NCBI RefSeq assembly: GCF_018350175.1 | Contig: NC_058368.1 | Location: 78,866,001-78,930,000 of the forward strand | Reading direction: 5' to 3' | From: Felis catus | Taxonomy: Eukaryota | DNA: 64,000 nucleotides | In this document: positions 38,901 to 52,267 of the stretch, one piece after another | How positions within the stretch are numbered: position 1 is the stretch's first letter | Layout: each line of letters opens with the position of its first letter | Made by a program: the position numbers and the translations under genes | Notes under the pieces: generated by a model | What the model saw: the letters and a program-made list of their open reading frames with translations, nothing else | What the model was told of the DNA's origin: nothing | The model's database searches: none

Positions 38901-39860
38901 GCCCATTGGTGCCTCCCACTTCCCAGAGATTGCGGTGTAATGGGACAAGGGCACGACCTGGGCATCGGGACTCACCTCTGCAGGATTCTGACACGCTCTA
39001 ATGAGAACCACGGTCTCTGGCGGGTCATGTGGTGTGGTCCCTGCAGGCGCCGACCTTCAGAGGTTCCCCGAGACCCCTAAAGAGAACCCCAGCTCGTTGA
39101 ATGATTCTCAGATAAGGCCTTCTGACCTGGAAATGTATTTGTACTTTACAAGATTTTTGAAAGTTTGCAGATTTTCCTCTGGACAAGGTACAGTCAGGCA
39201 GGGCAAATGTTGTGCTGTGTGGAAACAGACCTAAGAGATGGACAGAACATTTCCCTGGAGCCACGATGGCCAAGTGTTGAGCACATCATGGAAATTCCAG
39301 ACAACCTGAGTCCTCACAGCTGCCCCACAAGGCTGCCTTTCCCGCCATCTCCACCGATAAGAAACAAACAGAATGCAGAGAGAACTAAGTTCTGGAATGT
39401 CCGAAGGCATCAGTGAGACTCAGAACCCAACGAGCTCTCAATCCTATGCTATCTTTCCACGCCATGCGGCTTTCCACCAGACCCATTTTCGGTCCAGTGG
39501 CCAAGACTTGCTCTGGAGGGGCTCTGCCTGAAACATCTCTGTGAGATTTCTAGAACTTTCTATCCTCCCACATGTGTTTTAGACATCCCCCTGCTAGTCC
39601 TCCAGCCCATCTCTTCTCAGCTGTGTTCAGCCCAACTCTTGCAGACAGGTCTTGTGAGCCTGCCCTCCAGGCTTTCTCCTTTCCCTGGTCTTGGAGGGCA
39701 GGGACGGCGGGGAGGACAGAGAGCTTGCAAAGGAGAGGAAATGAGGATGAATTCCTGAGGCTTTCAGGACAACAAGTGACAACATGATGGGACCAACCTG
39801 GAAGACTCTGAGGGCAAAGGCAGAAGGGCAGGAGCCAGACGCTTCCTCGTATGTCACATC

Positions 39861-39934
39861 AATAAATGCAGTAAATAAATGCATCAATAAATGCAATGCA
39901 ATAAATGCACATCAATAAATGCATCAATAAATGC
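39861..39934 (+). repeat. Array of six AATAAATGC units
   Basis: Units start at 39861, 39874, 39886, 39900, 39914 and 39926. Confidence 0.9.
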
Positions 39935-40145
39935 GCTGGGGTGGCTCAGTCGGTTGAGGGTCTGACTTCGGCTCAGGTCATGATCTCATGTTCCTGGGTC
40001 CGAGCCCTGGGTCGGGCTCTGTGCTGACAGCTTGGAGCCTGGAGCCTGCTTCGGATTCTGTGGCTCCCTCTCTCTCTGCCCCTACCCCGCTCATGCTCTG
40101 TCTCTCTCTCTGTCAAAAATAAACATTAGGAAAAAATTAAAAACA
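39935..40145 (+). mobile_element. Can-SINE
   Basis: Body and tail; aataaatgc recurs after the tail (TSD-like). Confidence 0.9.
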
Positions 40146-40674
40146 AAATAAATGCAGTCATGTAGTTATTAATAACAAGCTATATTACTAGATGATTCCA
40201 TCATGTGCTATATTGCATACCATCTTCCGTATAAATGTTACAGGAAGCGCTACATATTATTACGCATACTATATTATTAATAGACCTAATCCCACATGTT
40301 TTATATCTGAGCAGCCATGTGGCACTCATCCAGAAATAGGGGAAGTCTTGCATTTGGGTAGGTCACCTTGAGTGGACGTTAACATACAAGAAAAACTTGT
40401 GATCCATATAAAGACATGAACATACGAATAACTGAAAAGGAGAATGGAGTAATTTGTTAGGGAGAAGGAGTGTATGTAGGCAGATGTGTAACGCGAGAGG
40501 CCTCACAAATAGTAGTGCCCTAAAGTAAAAGTCATAGAAAGCGAACAGGCCTAAAGGTGTATTTGCTTTTGAGCTGAAATTTCCTATAAGCAAGATAATG
40601 AGCAAAGGTATGTCAGCTAAGCGAATGATAGCTTTCCATATCAATACTGCATTTCAGAGACTTACTAAAAAATT

Positions 40675-41776
40675 GACCATATCTAAAAATAAATTCAAAA
40701 TGGATTAAATAGCAAAGTGTGAGGCCTGAAACCATAAAAATCATTGACAAGAACATAGTCAATGATCTCTCTGACATGAGCTGTAGCAACATCTTTCTAG
40801 ATATGAACCCCTGAGGCAAGGGAAATAAAAGCAGAAATAAACTACTGGGACTGTTTCAAAATAAAAAGCTTCTGCACAGCAAAGGGAACAACCAACAAAA
40901 CTAAAAGTCATCCTACTGAATGGGAGAAGATATTTGCAAACGACATATCCAAGAAAAGGTTAGTGTTCAAAATATATAAAGAACTTCTACAATTCAGCAC
41001 CCAAACCCCAAACGATCCAATTAAAAATGGGCAGAAGACATGAACAGGCATTTCTCCAAAGAAGACATCCAGATGGCCAGGAGACACATGAAAATATGCT
41101 CAACATCACTCATCACCAGGGAAATGCAAATCAAAACCACAATGAGACACCACCTCACACCTGTAAGAATGGCTAAAATAAAAAACACAAGAAACAGTAA
41201 GTGTTCATGAGGATGTGGAGAAAAGGTTCTCTCATGTACTGTCGGTGGGAATGCAAACTGGTGCAGCCACTGTGGAAGACAGCATGGAGGTTCCTCAAAA
41301 AGTTAAAAATAGAATTACCATAGGATCCAGTAATTCCACTGCTGGGTGTTTGCCCAAAGAATATGAAAACACTAATTTGAAAATATATATGCACCCCTAT
41401 GTTTATTGCAGCATTATTTACAATAGCCAACATAATGGAAGCAGCCCAAGTGTCCAATGGAAAAGTATTCAGCCATAAAAAAGAGTGACATCTTGCTCTT
41501 TGCAATGGCATTGAAGGAGCTAAAGAGTATAATTCTGAGTGCAATAAGTCAGAGAAAGACAAATACTATATGATCTCACTCATCTGTGGAATTTAAGAAA
41601 CAAAATAAATGAGTAAAGGGGAAAAAAAGAGAGAGACAAACCAAGAAACAGGCTTAACTGTAGAGAACAAGCTGATGTTCGCAGGGGGGAGGTGGGTGGG
41701 GGGTTGGGGGGAATAAGGAATAAAGATTGAAAAGTACACTTACGATGGATACAATAAATAAAATGATAAAAAAAAA
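40675..41776 (+). mobile_element. Carnivore L1 3' fragment (ORF2 C-terminus, 3'UTR, poly-A)
   Basis: aaatggattaaa...gagaagatatttgcaaa...ggaatgcaaactggtgcagccactgtggaa...aataagtcagagaaagacaaatac. Confidence 0.9.
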
Positions 41777-42006
41777 TTTTTGATTCTGTCTTAGGCCATA
41801 GAATTAAACTTGAATAAATTCTCAAATTAAGAAAAAGTACAGACTATATTCTCTGTAAACAATGTAATAAATTTAGAAACTAAATCCAGAAGTAAAGGCA
41901 TATAGAAACTTTACTAGAAAACAAAGTATTGATCCTTCGTGACAAAAAAAGAAGTATGTGTAAACACAGAGGTAGTAACACTATGTGAATAAGAATCCTT
42001 TGTACA

Positions 42007-42224
42007 GGGGCGCCTGGGTGGCTCAGTCAAAGTGTACCACTTCAGCTCAGGTCATGATCTCACAGTTCACGAGTTCGAGCCCCGCATCAGGCTCTGTGCT
42101 GACAGCTCAGAGCCTGGAGCCTGCTTCAGATTCTGTGTCTCCCTCCCTCTCTGCCCCTCCCTGGCTTGCACTCTGTATCTCTCTGTCTCTCAAAAATAAA
42201 TAAATGTTAAAATTAAAAAAAAAA
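42007..42224 (+). mobile_element. Can-SINE
   Basis: Head, body and tail. Confidence 0.92.
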
Positions 42225-42354
42225 TTAAAGTAGAAGGAAAAGGTAAACACAAAGTTGATCATACTTTTTCCATCTGATAAAGAAGTAAAATAATGTACAA
42301 ATGTGGGGATGCTACTTTATCTGTGAAATTTATTTGTTAAAAACAGTGATCTGA

Positions 42355-42564
42355 GGGGCGCCTGGGTGGCTCAGTCGGTTAAGTGGCCGACTTCGGCTCA
42401 GGTCACGATCTCAGTCCGTGAGTTCGAGCCCCGCGTCGGGCTCTGTGCTGACAGCTCAGAGCCTGGAGCCTATTTCAGATTCTGTGTCTCCCTCTCTCTC
42501 TGACCCTCCCCCGTTCATGCTCTGTCTCTCTCTGTCTCAAAAATAAATAAACGTTAAAAAAAAA
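42355..42564 (+). mobile_element. SINEC_Fc-type SINE
   Basis: Flanking repeat tgatctga. Confidence 0.93.
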
Positions 42565-42986
42565 TGATCTGAAATAAATATATCACACAATTGCTTTTTT
42601 CACATTGTTGGGAGAATGATGTATTGGCTGTCTCTATGTTCTTCTTTTAAGACTTTTCTCATTGTCAAAAATTTACGGAAAAATTAAAAATCTAGCATAT
42701 CTTTACTAGTAACACATCCAAAGATCTACCAATACCAAAAAATGTAGACCATTATCTGACTTGTAGATATACAGAGGCATGAGTAACACATTAGCACGTA
42801 GAAGCTAGCACTCCATTAAAAGATACTCAATGATCAAGATTAAGAGCTTTTAATTATTAGTATACACCACATCAATAAGAAAAAAGAGAAAAATCAATTG
42901 ACTATTTTAGAAGGTGCCAAAAGACAGTAATGGTCAACTCCCAAATCCCAACTCCCAAGTCTGTGGGAGCCCCAAACTTAAAGGAG

Positions 42987-42989
<3 letters not shown>

Positions 42990-43038
<49 letters not shown>
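42990..43038. repeat. (CA)n microsatellite
   Basis: Seen directly. Confidence 0.95.
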
Positions 43039-43041
<3 letters not shown>

Positions 43042-43786
43042 TTATCTTAAGTCCTAAGTGGACGTGATATTTACTTGTGAAATAGATTCAGGCTTTTTTT
43101 TTAACATTGATCCTAAAGCTGGAAGGATTGTGATAAGGGAAGAAAATAAAAAGGACTAAACAGTATCAAGAAGGATTACACAAAATCACTATTATTGATA
43201 GATAATGATTATCCACCTAGAAAATCTGACACATCAGTAGCAAAACATTTTCTCTAATATTATATGTCAATAACGTTTTGAATTAGAAAACAAATGTGTG
43301 CAAAAATAGAAAGATGACATGTGCACCAGCCAAAGCCGCTTAGACTAGACAAATGGAGACACTGGTTCTTTGGTCAGTGCTGCTAACATATGAAATATCT
43401 GTGCATGGGATGGACCTAACAAAGACACTCACAAATTATATGCAGTCAGGAGAGGACTTGTGACTCACAGGGCTCCAGCCGTGCGCACACACGCACTTAC
43501 ACACACAGACATGTTTGCAAACACATCTCCCCTTCCATGTGAGCGTCTGTTTTTGTTTTTGTTTTTTTTTTAACCTGTTTTATGTACTGGAATTACTGAA
43601 GGTTCAGATTCAAAGTTTTCATGATGGAAAAAGTTCTGAAACCATTGCTCTCAGGCATTCCAGCCTGCCTAAAAGCTATTTATCCATAGGTCTGGCTTCT
43701 TTTGTCCAAGCTAACCTCCTACCAAATCCCCCCAGCCCTCTGTCCTCCCGTAAGAACACACATTATGAATGTGATCAAACATGTTC

Positions 43787-43826
43787 AATGGATGAATGGA
43801 TGAATGAATGAATGAATGAATGAATG
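43787..43826. repeat. (GAAT)n repeat
   Basis: Seen directly. Confidence 0.9.
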
Positions 43827-44219
43827 CCTTCACACTTTTCCTTTTGCATGGATTCTCCTCCACCTAGAAAACATTTTCATTCTAAAAGTTTGTCTTAGGG
43901 TTCCTTTGTCCTTTGACGCTTTCCTGACTCCTTCCTCTGTCCTTTATCGTCACCGGAAGTCTGTCCATGTTCCTAACTCCCATGTGCTCTGTGTATCTCT
44001 CTACTGTGGAACTCATCATGGCCTATGTAGTATTTATTTATGGTACTGTCTTCATTCAGAGAGCAAGTATCTTAAGATTTGAGACCATGATTCAATGACC
44101 CATTGAACTTAATGCCCTAGACCCTGGCACCATCATTAGCACATAGGAGTTATGGGATAAAATGGATCAGTAAACAAACATTGTTCTATGTGTGAGCACA
44201 TGTGCATCCGTATAGATTT

Positions 44220-44810
44220 GTAGTTTTGCTACAATGATTCTACATATGAATTCTGTTTTATTTATTCTGCTTGAGACTTTCATCTGCAAATCATCAGCTG
44301 CTTTTATGTCACCAAACCTGAAAAGTTCATTGAAATTTGAAAATTGTTCGGCCGTTATCCCTGTGAATGTTCCTACTTCCTCCTTCTTACCCCTTTTCCT
44401 TTCTTCCAGAACTCGTTCGGGTGCCTGCTGTTCCTTCTGTTTCCTCTCCTAACTTCTCTTTTATGTTTTCCATCTCTGTCTCTCTGTGGTTCATTCTGGG
44501 CAATTTCTCCACTGCTTTCTTATAATTTACTAACCCGTTTTTGAGCAGTGATTAATGTGATATTTAACGCATGCGTTGCATTTGAATTTCAATGACCTGT
44601 TTTTCCATGTCTAAGACTTCTTTGTTCTGTTTCACATCTGCTTCTTCTTAAATATTGTTTCTTGTTCTTTTCTCCTATTATATTTCCCTTTCTTTTCGCT
44701 GCTTTAAACACGCTCCTTATGCCATACATAACCGATCGTTGCATCATCTGAAGGTCTCAAGGCTCTGCTAGTGGTATTTATTATGTCTGCCCAGAGATAA
44801 TGATTTCTCT
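44220..44810 (-). mobile_element. Ancient L1/HAL1 ORF1-region relic
   Basis: tttgaaaattgttcggccgttat...ctctctgtggttcattctgggcaatttc...tttcaatgacctgtttttccatgtctaag pattern. Confidence 0.5.
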
Positions 44811-45535
44811 GTGTCTTTGTCCATTGGGGTGTTGATTTGGTGTCCTGTGGTGGCCAGGCTGGGAGACTCTTGAGTGGCCCGAATGGAGGCTTAGTCTTGT
44901 AGAGACATTTGTTGGCTTTTTGCTTTGGTGAAATGCTCCAGGAGTATTACCGGCATGGGGCCATTTTTAGGTTAATTCTTTAGTTAAAATATCCTAAGGG
45001 CATATACAGAGTCTAACTTTAAACCACTAAAACCAAGAGAAGACTGGCTAGGATTATGATTTCTCTGAGGGGAGACACTTGCCCACCCAGAATCTGCTCA
45101 GATAAGTTTCCCTGTGGCCTGTCCGTCTGTAGGCAGACGTTAGGGTGTTCCCTCCATCGAGGTGGTAGCCTTGTGATTGTCTGGCTTTACGTAATTTCTA
45201 GGGCCAACAGGGTGTTCTCCTTCCCTGTGGCCCTTAGCGCCTTGGTTAATAGAATAAGTCTAAGTTCCCACTAACTGCGAGACTTAGCCCGATGTCCCTC
45301 TGGATGGCACAGGGACTGTTCCCTACTCAGCGGGATCCAGCTTTCCCTTTGAAAGGCATGGTCTACTTGGTCCACAGAAGTTTACTAATAAGCAAGGTAT
45401 TCTTCACTAATGATAACGTTTCCCGTTTAAAGAAATGAAGAGATTGTTTCTCTTCATTGTAAATCCAGAGTAAATAGTAGTCTTAAGCTATTTTCAGATA
45501 CATCAGCTATCTATATACGTAGGGTAGATCATGAT

Positions 45536-45537
<2 letters not shown>

Positions 45538-45575
<38 letters not shown>

Positions 45576-45585
45576 ACGTGTGTGT
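45538..45585. repeat. (TG)n microsatellite
   Basis: Seen directly. Confidence 0.95.
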
Positions 45586-45878
45586 AATTAAGCATCTCTA
45601 CATCCACCCAGGAAATGGATGTTACTAAATGTGATTACAGCTCGATATTTTGACAAATTCTAAACATTTCTAAAAAAATAAATTCTAAACAGTTCTGTAC
45701 TTATTTTGGGAATAGTATTCGAGAGAGCTAATCCAGAGCCTTAGCTGTTAGATACTTAGATGAATCCCACCCTTTATCTGAAATAATGCGCTCAAAATAT
45801 CAGTGTCAATGGAAGGGACTGGGTGATGTTATGCACAGTGAGGCCATGCTGTTGTTGATGTCCTGTTGGGTCATGCAT

Positions 45879-45892
45879 TGTGTGTGTGTGTA

Positions 45893-45950
<58 letters not shown>

Positions 45951-45952
45951 GG
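45879..45952. repeat. (TG)n(AG)n microsatellite
   Basis: Seen directly. Confidence 0.95.
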
Positions 45953-46015
45953 AGAACACAATATCCAGGCACAAAATGGTTTGTCCTAGGCACACTACAG
46001 TATCTCACCTGTTTA

Positions 46016-46400
46016 TTTTATTTCTATTTTATTTTTTTATGTAATTTATTGTCAAGTTGGATAACATACAGCGTAGACAGTGTGTTCTTCGTTTTGGGGG
46101 TAGATTCCCATGGTTTATCACTTCCATACAACACCCAGTGCTCATCCCAACAGGTGCTCTCCTCAGTGCCCATCACCCACTTTCTCCTCTCCCCCACCCC
46201 CCATCCACCCTGTTTGTTCTTTGTATTTAAGAGTCTCTTATGGTTTGCCTTCCTCTCTGTTTGTAACTATTTTTCCCCTTCCCCTCCCCCCTAGTCTTCT
46301 GTTGAGTTTCTCAAGTTCCACATATGAGTGAAAACATACGGTATCTGTCCTTCTCTGCCTGACTTACTTCACTCAGCATCACACCCTCCAGTTCCATCGA
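46016..46400 (-). mobile_element. 5'-truncated carnivore/felid L1 with perfect 17-nt TSD
   Basis: agtatctcacctgttta at 45999-46015 and 46401-46417; reverse-complement L1 3'UTR. Confidence 0.93.
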
Positions 46401-47891
46401 AGTATCTCACCTGTTTAAATATTTCATGGTAAACAGCACATCACGCGGTGATGACTGACTTTATTTCTCAATTGTCTCTTACACCAGATGCATGAGCTTG
46501 GTACAATAGTCCCCCTGTTGTACCTATAAACCCTCACTGTGAAATCCCTGCCGACTGATGACCTCTGCAAAACAAATTAGTAATAAAAAGAGACCCTAAA
46601 CACCATAAACAGCAGGGGACACCTGCAAGGTGACAAGGTTTGGATACCACACGCAGTAGTTCTTCACAGAGAAGCCCTTAAGAATAAGGTGTTTTGTCCT
46701 GTGTGGCACAGTAGACTGCTTCTACTTCGATTTCATCAGAAGGCGTACTCGTAGTACGTTTTGCTGAACTTGGGCCACCTGCCTGTCATGTTTCTGCCCC
46801 CACGGGGATGGTGGGCTGGAAGCACTCAGCTTCCTGGGAGAACGGGCTCTGGATGAGCCTGCGGACGGTGCCTGGTGAACACGTCTGGTGGGATCTGCAG
46901 CATGGAGTCACTTCAAGGAAGAAGCCAGCAAGGAGAGGTCACTGCGCGTCAGTGCGGGGCTCTGCCTGTGGAGCCCTGCCCCGCCCTGCCCTGCCCTCTG
47001 CTTGAGTCTGGGCTCCCTGTCCCTCCCTGTTTCATAAAGTCCTGGGGAGAAGGATCTTTCCAGATGTGACAGCATCACCTTGAAAAGATGAGCTATGAAA
47101 ATGCACGAAGGAACCAGAAAATAGACCTCCATGACCCTTTGTTCCTTTGTTTTCTTAGACAGTGTTCCCCGGACACTGATTAATTGAGAGAAACGTCCCT
47201 TCCTTTTGGTATCCGAACGAAAAGCTCACTGCAGCAAGGGAAGTTCACGGTCATGTTTTACTGTTTTGGGTACTACAGGCACGTTCCCCTCCTGGTTGCA
47301 AAGAGAAGTCATTTTGCTTAATTAACTTTGAATTTTTTTTAATATCTAGAAGCCAGTTTCATTATGCAGACATTTAACAATCTATTATATGACTTAATTG
47401 GCATAAACGTACCACATTTTGAGTTTGTTAACATACCCAATTTTTCACTTCCAGAAAGTACCAGAGAGGCCAAAAGATCTGCATGTCAGGGAAGGCACTT
47501 CATTTCACCTCTTGTTTGATTAGACCTTGGGTTTTAAATTCCAGTTCATTATTTTAAATAATAACTCTGTTATTTGATTATCGCTTCTCTGTCTTAAACA
47601 CTATAGTTACGGTTATAGGCATATTTCCTCTACATATCTGCATGACTTCTACGTTCACTTCCCTTAGACAAGGGAGTTTGTGTGATGTTTGAAGAGTCCC
47701 CAAGATCATAAAGCCTCTTAGACAATATGCTGATGAGAGGGAGTGCGTTTATGGAATTGGTAACATTTTATTCTGTTAACTCATTGAAATGCACATCTAG
47801 AGTTTCTGATCAAGCCAGTTGTTGATGGAAACAGGCACCAGAATTTTAATATTTAAAAGTAAGTAAGTAAGTAAATAAATAAATAAAAAAC

Positions 47892-48004
47892 AGGCTCAGT
47901 CGGTTGAGCATCCAGCTTTTGATTTTGACTCAGTTCGTGATCCCACAGTTGTGGGATTGAGCCCCATCATGTTGGGCTCTGCAGCAAGTGTGGAGCCTGC
48001 TTGA

Positions 48005-48053
<49 letters not shown>

Positions 48054-48099
48054 CGTCTGCCCCTCCCCCTGCACGCTCTGTCTCTCTCTCTCTCTGAAA
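47892..48099 (+). mobile_element. Can-SINE (first ~12 nt missing)
   Basis: Begins ggctcagtcggttgagc; (CT)n body. Confidence 0.85.
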
Positions 48100-48250
48100 T
48101 GTATGTAAATGATGAATCATGGGAATTCACTCCTGAAGCAAAGAGCACACTATATACCCTCTATGTTAGCTATGTTAGCTAACTTGACAATAAATTATAT
48201 TAAAATAAAATAAAATAAAATAAAATAAAATAAAATGAAATAATAAAAAA
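48100..48250 (+). mobile_element. Extreme 3' end of a carnivore L1 with (TAAAA)n tail
   Basis: gatgaatcatgggaattcactcctgaagc...atgttagctaacttgacaataaatt; compare 4431-4495. Confidence 0.85.
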
Positions 48251-48795
48251 TAAGTTTTAAAAAAAACCCCAAATTGACCTTACAAAATATCAGTTTTCTT
48301 TCTCATAATTAACAATTATTCATTGCTACAATATATATTAGTATTGTTTGCAATACAATAGCGTGTTATCATAATAGTATAATTTTGTCTTAGCACATCT
48401 GTCTCCCGTGCTGACTTGTGCGATGTCTCTGGACAAATACTGTGTCTTGTTCATCTTGGAACCCTCAGTAATCACAATTCTAGGCACATGTGGAAACTCA
48501 GTATTTCATTTATTTGACCTAAGCCTTACTGTGTTGGCAGTTGATGATAACAAAAGCATGGCAGGCTATCACCAACATATACTTTGTCCAGATCTGTCTT
48601 TAGAAGCCTCTCGGATTCTCTCAAGCAGTACAGACCTCATGTGATGTGGTCACTTCTCTTAGAACAAATTTCATGTTTTATAGTTTTGCTTACAATCTTC
48701 CCTATTAGTGGGTAATGAGAGAGTGGGAGCCCTGCTTCATTCAGGACTGAGGCCTGTGTGGAGAAGTATGGTTCATTTAAAATTAGACATTTTAA

Positions 48796-49004
48796 GGGGC
48801 GCCTGGGTGGCTCAGTCGGTTAAGCGTCGGACTTCGGCTCAGGTCATGATCTCACGGTCCGTGAGTTCGAGCCCTGCGTCGGGCTCTGTGCTGACAGCTC
48901 AGAGCCTGGAGCCCGTTTCAGATTCTGTGTCTCCCTCTCTCTCTGCCTCTCCCCTGTTCATGCTCTGTCTCTCTGTCTCAAAAATAAATAAACGTTAAAA
49001 AAAA
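48796..49004 (+). mobile_element. SINEC_Fc-type SINE
   Basis: Flanking repeat atttaaaattagacattttaa(g) at 48775-48796 and 49005-49026. Confidence 0.95.
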
Positions 49005-49094
49005 ATTTAAAATTAGACATTTTAAGATACAGTGGATGAATTGATCCATGAATGGAACTTGGCTTATCACTGAGGATAAGAATGATCCTCCAAT

Positions 49095-49219
49095 GGGGTG
49101 CCTGGTGGCTCAGTCATTGGAGCGTCCAACTCTTGGTTTTGACTCAGGCCATGATCTCATGGTTCATGGGATCGAGCCCCATGTTGGGCTCTGTGCTAAC
49201 AGTGTGGAGCCTGCTTGGG

Positions 49220-49265
<46 letters not shown>

Positions 49266-49317
49266 CCCGCCCCCACCCCATCTCTTAAAATAAATAAACA
49301 TTAAAAAAAATTTTTTA
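49095..49317 (+). mobile_element. Can-SINE
   Basis: Imperfect TSD aagaatg.t..tccaatg. Confidence 0.9.
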
Positions 49318-50981
49318 AAGAATGTTAATCCAATGAGATAAATGAATACTGTCCCCAAAGAAGAAAAATTTGAAAACATTTGTTGTTCAAACATAAGCAC
49401 CATACGCTGGGAAAACCAAGCGATGGCTGTTAATGTGCTTCTTTCCAGTATCTACTTTACCTACAAGAATACTGTTTACCAGCATCACATCATAATACAT
49501 AGTGGGTGCTGAAATGCAAAATAACTTACTAACATATTAAACCCTACAGCAGTTTCCCGATCTAGATGCTTATATAGATGTTGTACAGTTGTTTAAATAA
49601 ATGTCCTTTCATCAACATTTTCAACGTCCTCCATTATCAGACATTTTTAAATGGATCTTCTTTTCTCTTTGGCTAAAATGTGTGATTGACTCCATTTAGG
49701 AGGTATTTTCAGTTTCGACAGGAAGAGATTTCCTATGTGAAAATGTAAATTAGAGGAGACTGAAAAGGACATTTGGAGTAGCTGGTGTTAGCGAATCAGC
49801 TGCAGAAGGCTCCGAGCCTGGGTAATGAAAACAAAGCAGGACCAAGGATGCGATGTAACCACTCCTCTTCGTCCCCCACCTGCTATGGATTTCTCCTCCC
49901 TCCCCTGCCACCACACGGAAGGCTCCTGCATGCATCAGTGCTCCTGGCAAAAGCACCATTCCCGGGGAGGAGACAGAGATCAAGGGTGCAAGGGGGCCAG
50001 CCCCCCACCTCATATTCTTAAATAAAACTTTCCTGAGACCATCATCTGTTTGAGCCAGGGAGGAAATGGAAACAAGGCATGAGCGGTCATTTCTTTATCA
50101 TTATGGTCTATGGTTTTTAACTTTATCAGTTTACGTGTGTAATTCAGTTCTAAGCCTCAGATTCCCTAACAAATCAGACGTAAATACCTCCTGATTTTAG
50201 CCTTTCTAATTTTAGGAGCTTTTATTTTCATCAAAGTTGAGATTCAAGGTTAACTCTTTGAAGCGTGTGATACCTTAAATATAAATACTGCAGTTATTAG
50301 AGCAGCAGATGGGGCTGAAAGAAGCAAAGAGGGATTTCTATCAAGTTTAAAGAATCTACAACACACTCCCCCCTCCAAAATCCATTTAAATTTCTTTGGT
50401 GTTTTTTTTTTTTTTTTTTTTTACTGTGAAGATACTTCTGAGTTTCATTGTATTTATCTTTATAATTTTATTTTATAAACATTTCTAATGGGTAGAACTG
50501 GTTTAGAGACACTACGAAGTTATTTCCATACAGAATCACGTTGTGATAACAGTAGTAGGTATTAGTAAACGGGTGACCTGATTCTGCTAGGTTGGAATAT
50601 CATTTCACTACCTCAGGGTCTGAAGGCAAATTAAGGCAGAACGCTAATTATTCCTCGGGACTGACAAACATTTTAAGCCCAGAATAGCTATGTCTATTGG
50701 TCTTGAAGGCTCCAGAACCCATCCTTGGAAAAACTAGTCTTTTATTGATTTAGCACCTTTCTAGCTAAGTGGTTACTTTTTAATATTCTTGTGTAACTTA
50801 CCTGCTTTTCTCATATGAACATCTGAAAGTTAGAGATCACATCTGGAGTGAAAACACATCATTTGGGTATGAGTAAGTTTTTAGACTTTTTAGCCTTTCA
50901 TTTAGTTTTTAAATGTCTAGATAATGACTTTTAGGCAACATGCTTGAGTCTTTTCTCCAAATATTCTCTCACATATTGTGA

Positions 50982-50998
50982 TTTTTCTTTTTTTATTT

Positions 50999-51037
<39 letters not shown>

Positions 51038-51202
51038 TGTGTGTGTGTGTGTGTGTGTGCAAGTATGGCAGAGGGCCAGAGGGGGAGAGAGAGAGCTCAG
51101 TGCAGAGCCCAGCCTGGGGCTCGATCCCATGACCCTGGGGATCAAGACCTGAGTGGAGATCAAGAATCAGATGCTTAACTGACTGAGCCACCCGGGCTCC
51201 CC
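50982..51202 (-). mobile_element. Can-SINE with (GA)n(GT)n
   Basis: Reverse-complement SINE. Confidence 0.88.
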
Positions 51203-51554
51203 TGTGTAGAAGGATTTTGACGTAAATGCACAATACAACAAGAGTTTTACTTCATGAAAAGTGTTTTCTTGTTATTAGTAAGTAGCTTGCCTTTGGCACT
51301 GAGGTGTGAACACTGTATTATTTCAAAGTTTGGAACAAAACCAAGAAGCAGCAGAGCTTACTTTGAGTGCTAACAACCTCCTTCTATCATTTGTCTTTTA
51401 GATTACCCCAGCTCTATTTTGAAATATTCTATATAGTAATATCATCTGTGGATGATATTTCTGTATAATTTTATTGAACATATGTAGCATGTTTATAAAG
51501 ATAACAATAAGTCCACAGCCATTCCTTACTAGAAATTATTAAAACTAGGTGCAA

Positions 51555-51745
51555 GGGGCGCCTGGGTGGCTCAGGCAGTTGAACACCTGACTCTTGATTT
51601 CGGCTCAAGTCATGGTCTCACAGCTCGTGAGACCGAGCCCCACATCAAGCTCTGTGCTGACAGTGCAGAGCCTCCTTGGGATTCTCTCTCCCCCTTTCTC
51701 TCTGCCCCTCCCCCCACCAAAATAAATAAATAAACTTAAGAAAAT
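51555..51745 (+). mobile_element. Can-SINE
   Basis: Head, body and tail. Confidence 0.9.
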
Positions 51746-51910
51746 AGGAGCAAAAAGGGGTACAGTAGATAGAAAGTGTCAAAGTAGAGCTCACATGTTC
51801 CATCCTTGTCTTCTTGATTTTATTAGGAACAGTTATGGGCAACGAGTGTTTTTGTCTGTGCTAACATAATCATTTTTATTCAGGTTTTAAATGAGAACTG
51901 ATATTTAGCT

Positions 51911-52110
51911 GTGGTGCCTGGGTGGCTCAGTCGGTTAAGTGTCTGACTTCAGCTCAGGGCATGATCTCATGGTTCATGAGTTTGAGTGCCACATCAGGCT
52001 CTCTGATGTCTCTCTGAGCCCACTTCAGATCCTCTGCCCCTCTCTCTCTCTCTGCCCCCCCACTCTCTCTCTCTCAAAAATAAAATAAACATTAAAAATA
52101 TATTATTTTT
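51911..52110 (+). mobile_element. Can-SINE
   Basis: TSD aactga(t/g)atttagc. Confidence 0.88.
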
Positions 52111-52267
52111 TAAGAAAATAACTGAGATTTAGCAAAAATGAGAAATAAAGTATTTAGTTGACTTCATGAATCTATCCTGAAACAACCAGTTCTTATATTC
52201 CATGTCTGACATCATCTTGTTAGATACTTGGTTTGGGGCTACATTGCTTTACTAGGGACAATCTACA

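Larger units (their letters stand above)
41790..43440 (+). mobile_element. Highly decayed ancient L1 ORF2 fragments, interrupted by SINEs and a microsatellite
   Basis: Patches resembling the end of the endonuclease domain and the RT region (e.g. atacaccacatcaataagaaaaaagagaaaaatc; gataatgattatccacctagaaaatc). Confidence 0.5.

Noticed and set aside
38540..39190. Possible MER5-like DNA transposon remnants
   Set aside because: Similarity too weak to set boundaries or family without a search.
39861..39934. Regularly spaced short repeats resembling a CRISPR array
   Set aside because: 9-nt units with 3-5-nt spacers in mammalian DNA and no cas genes; a simple tandem repeat.
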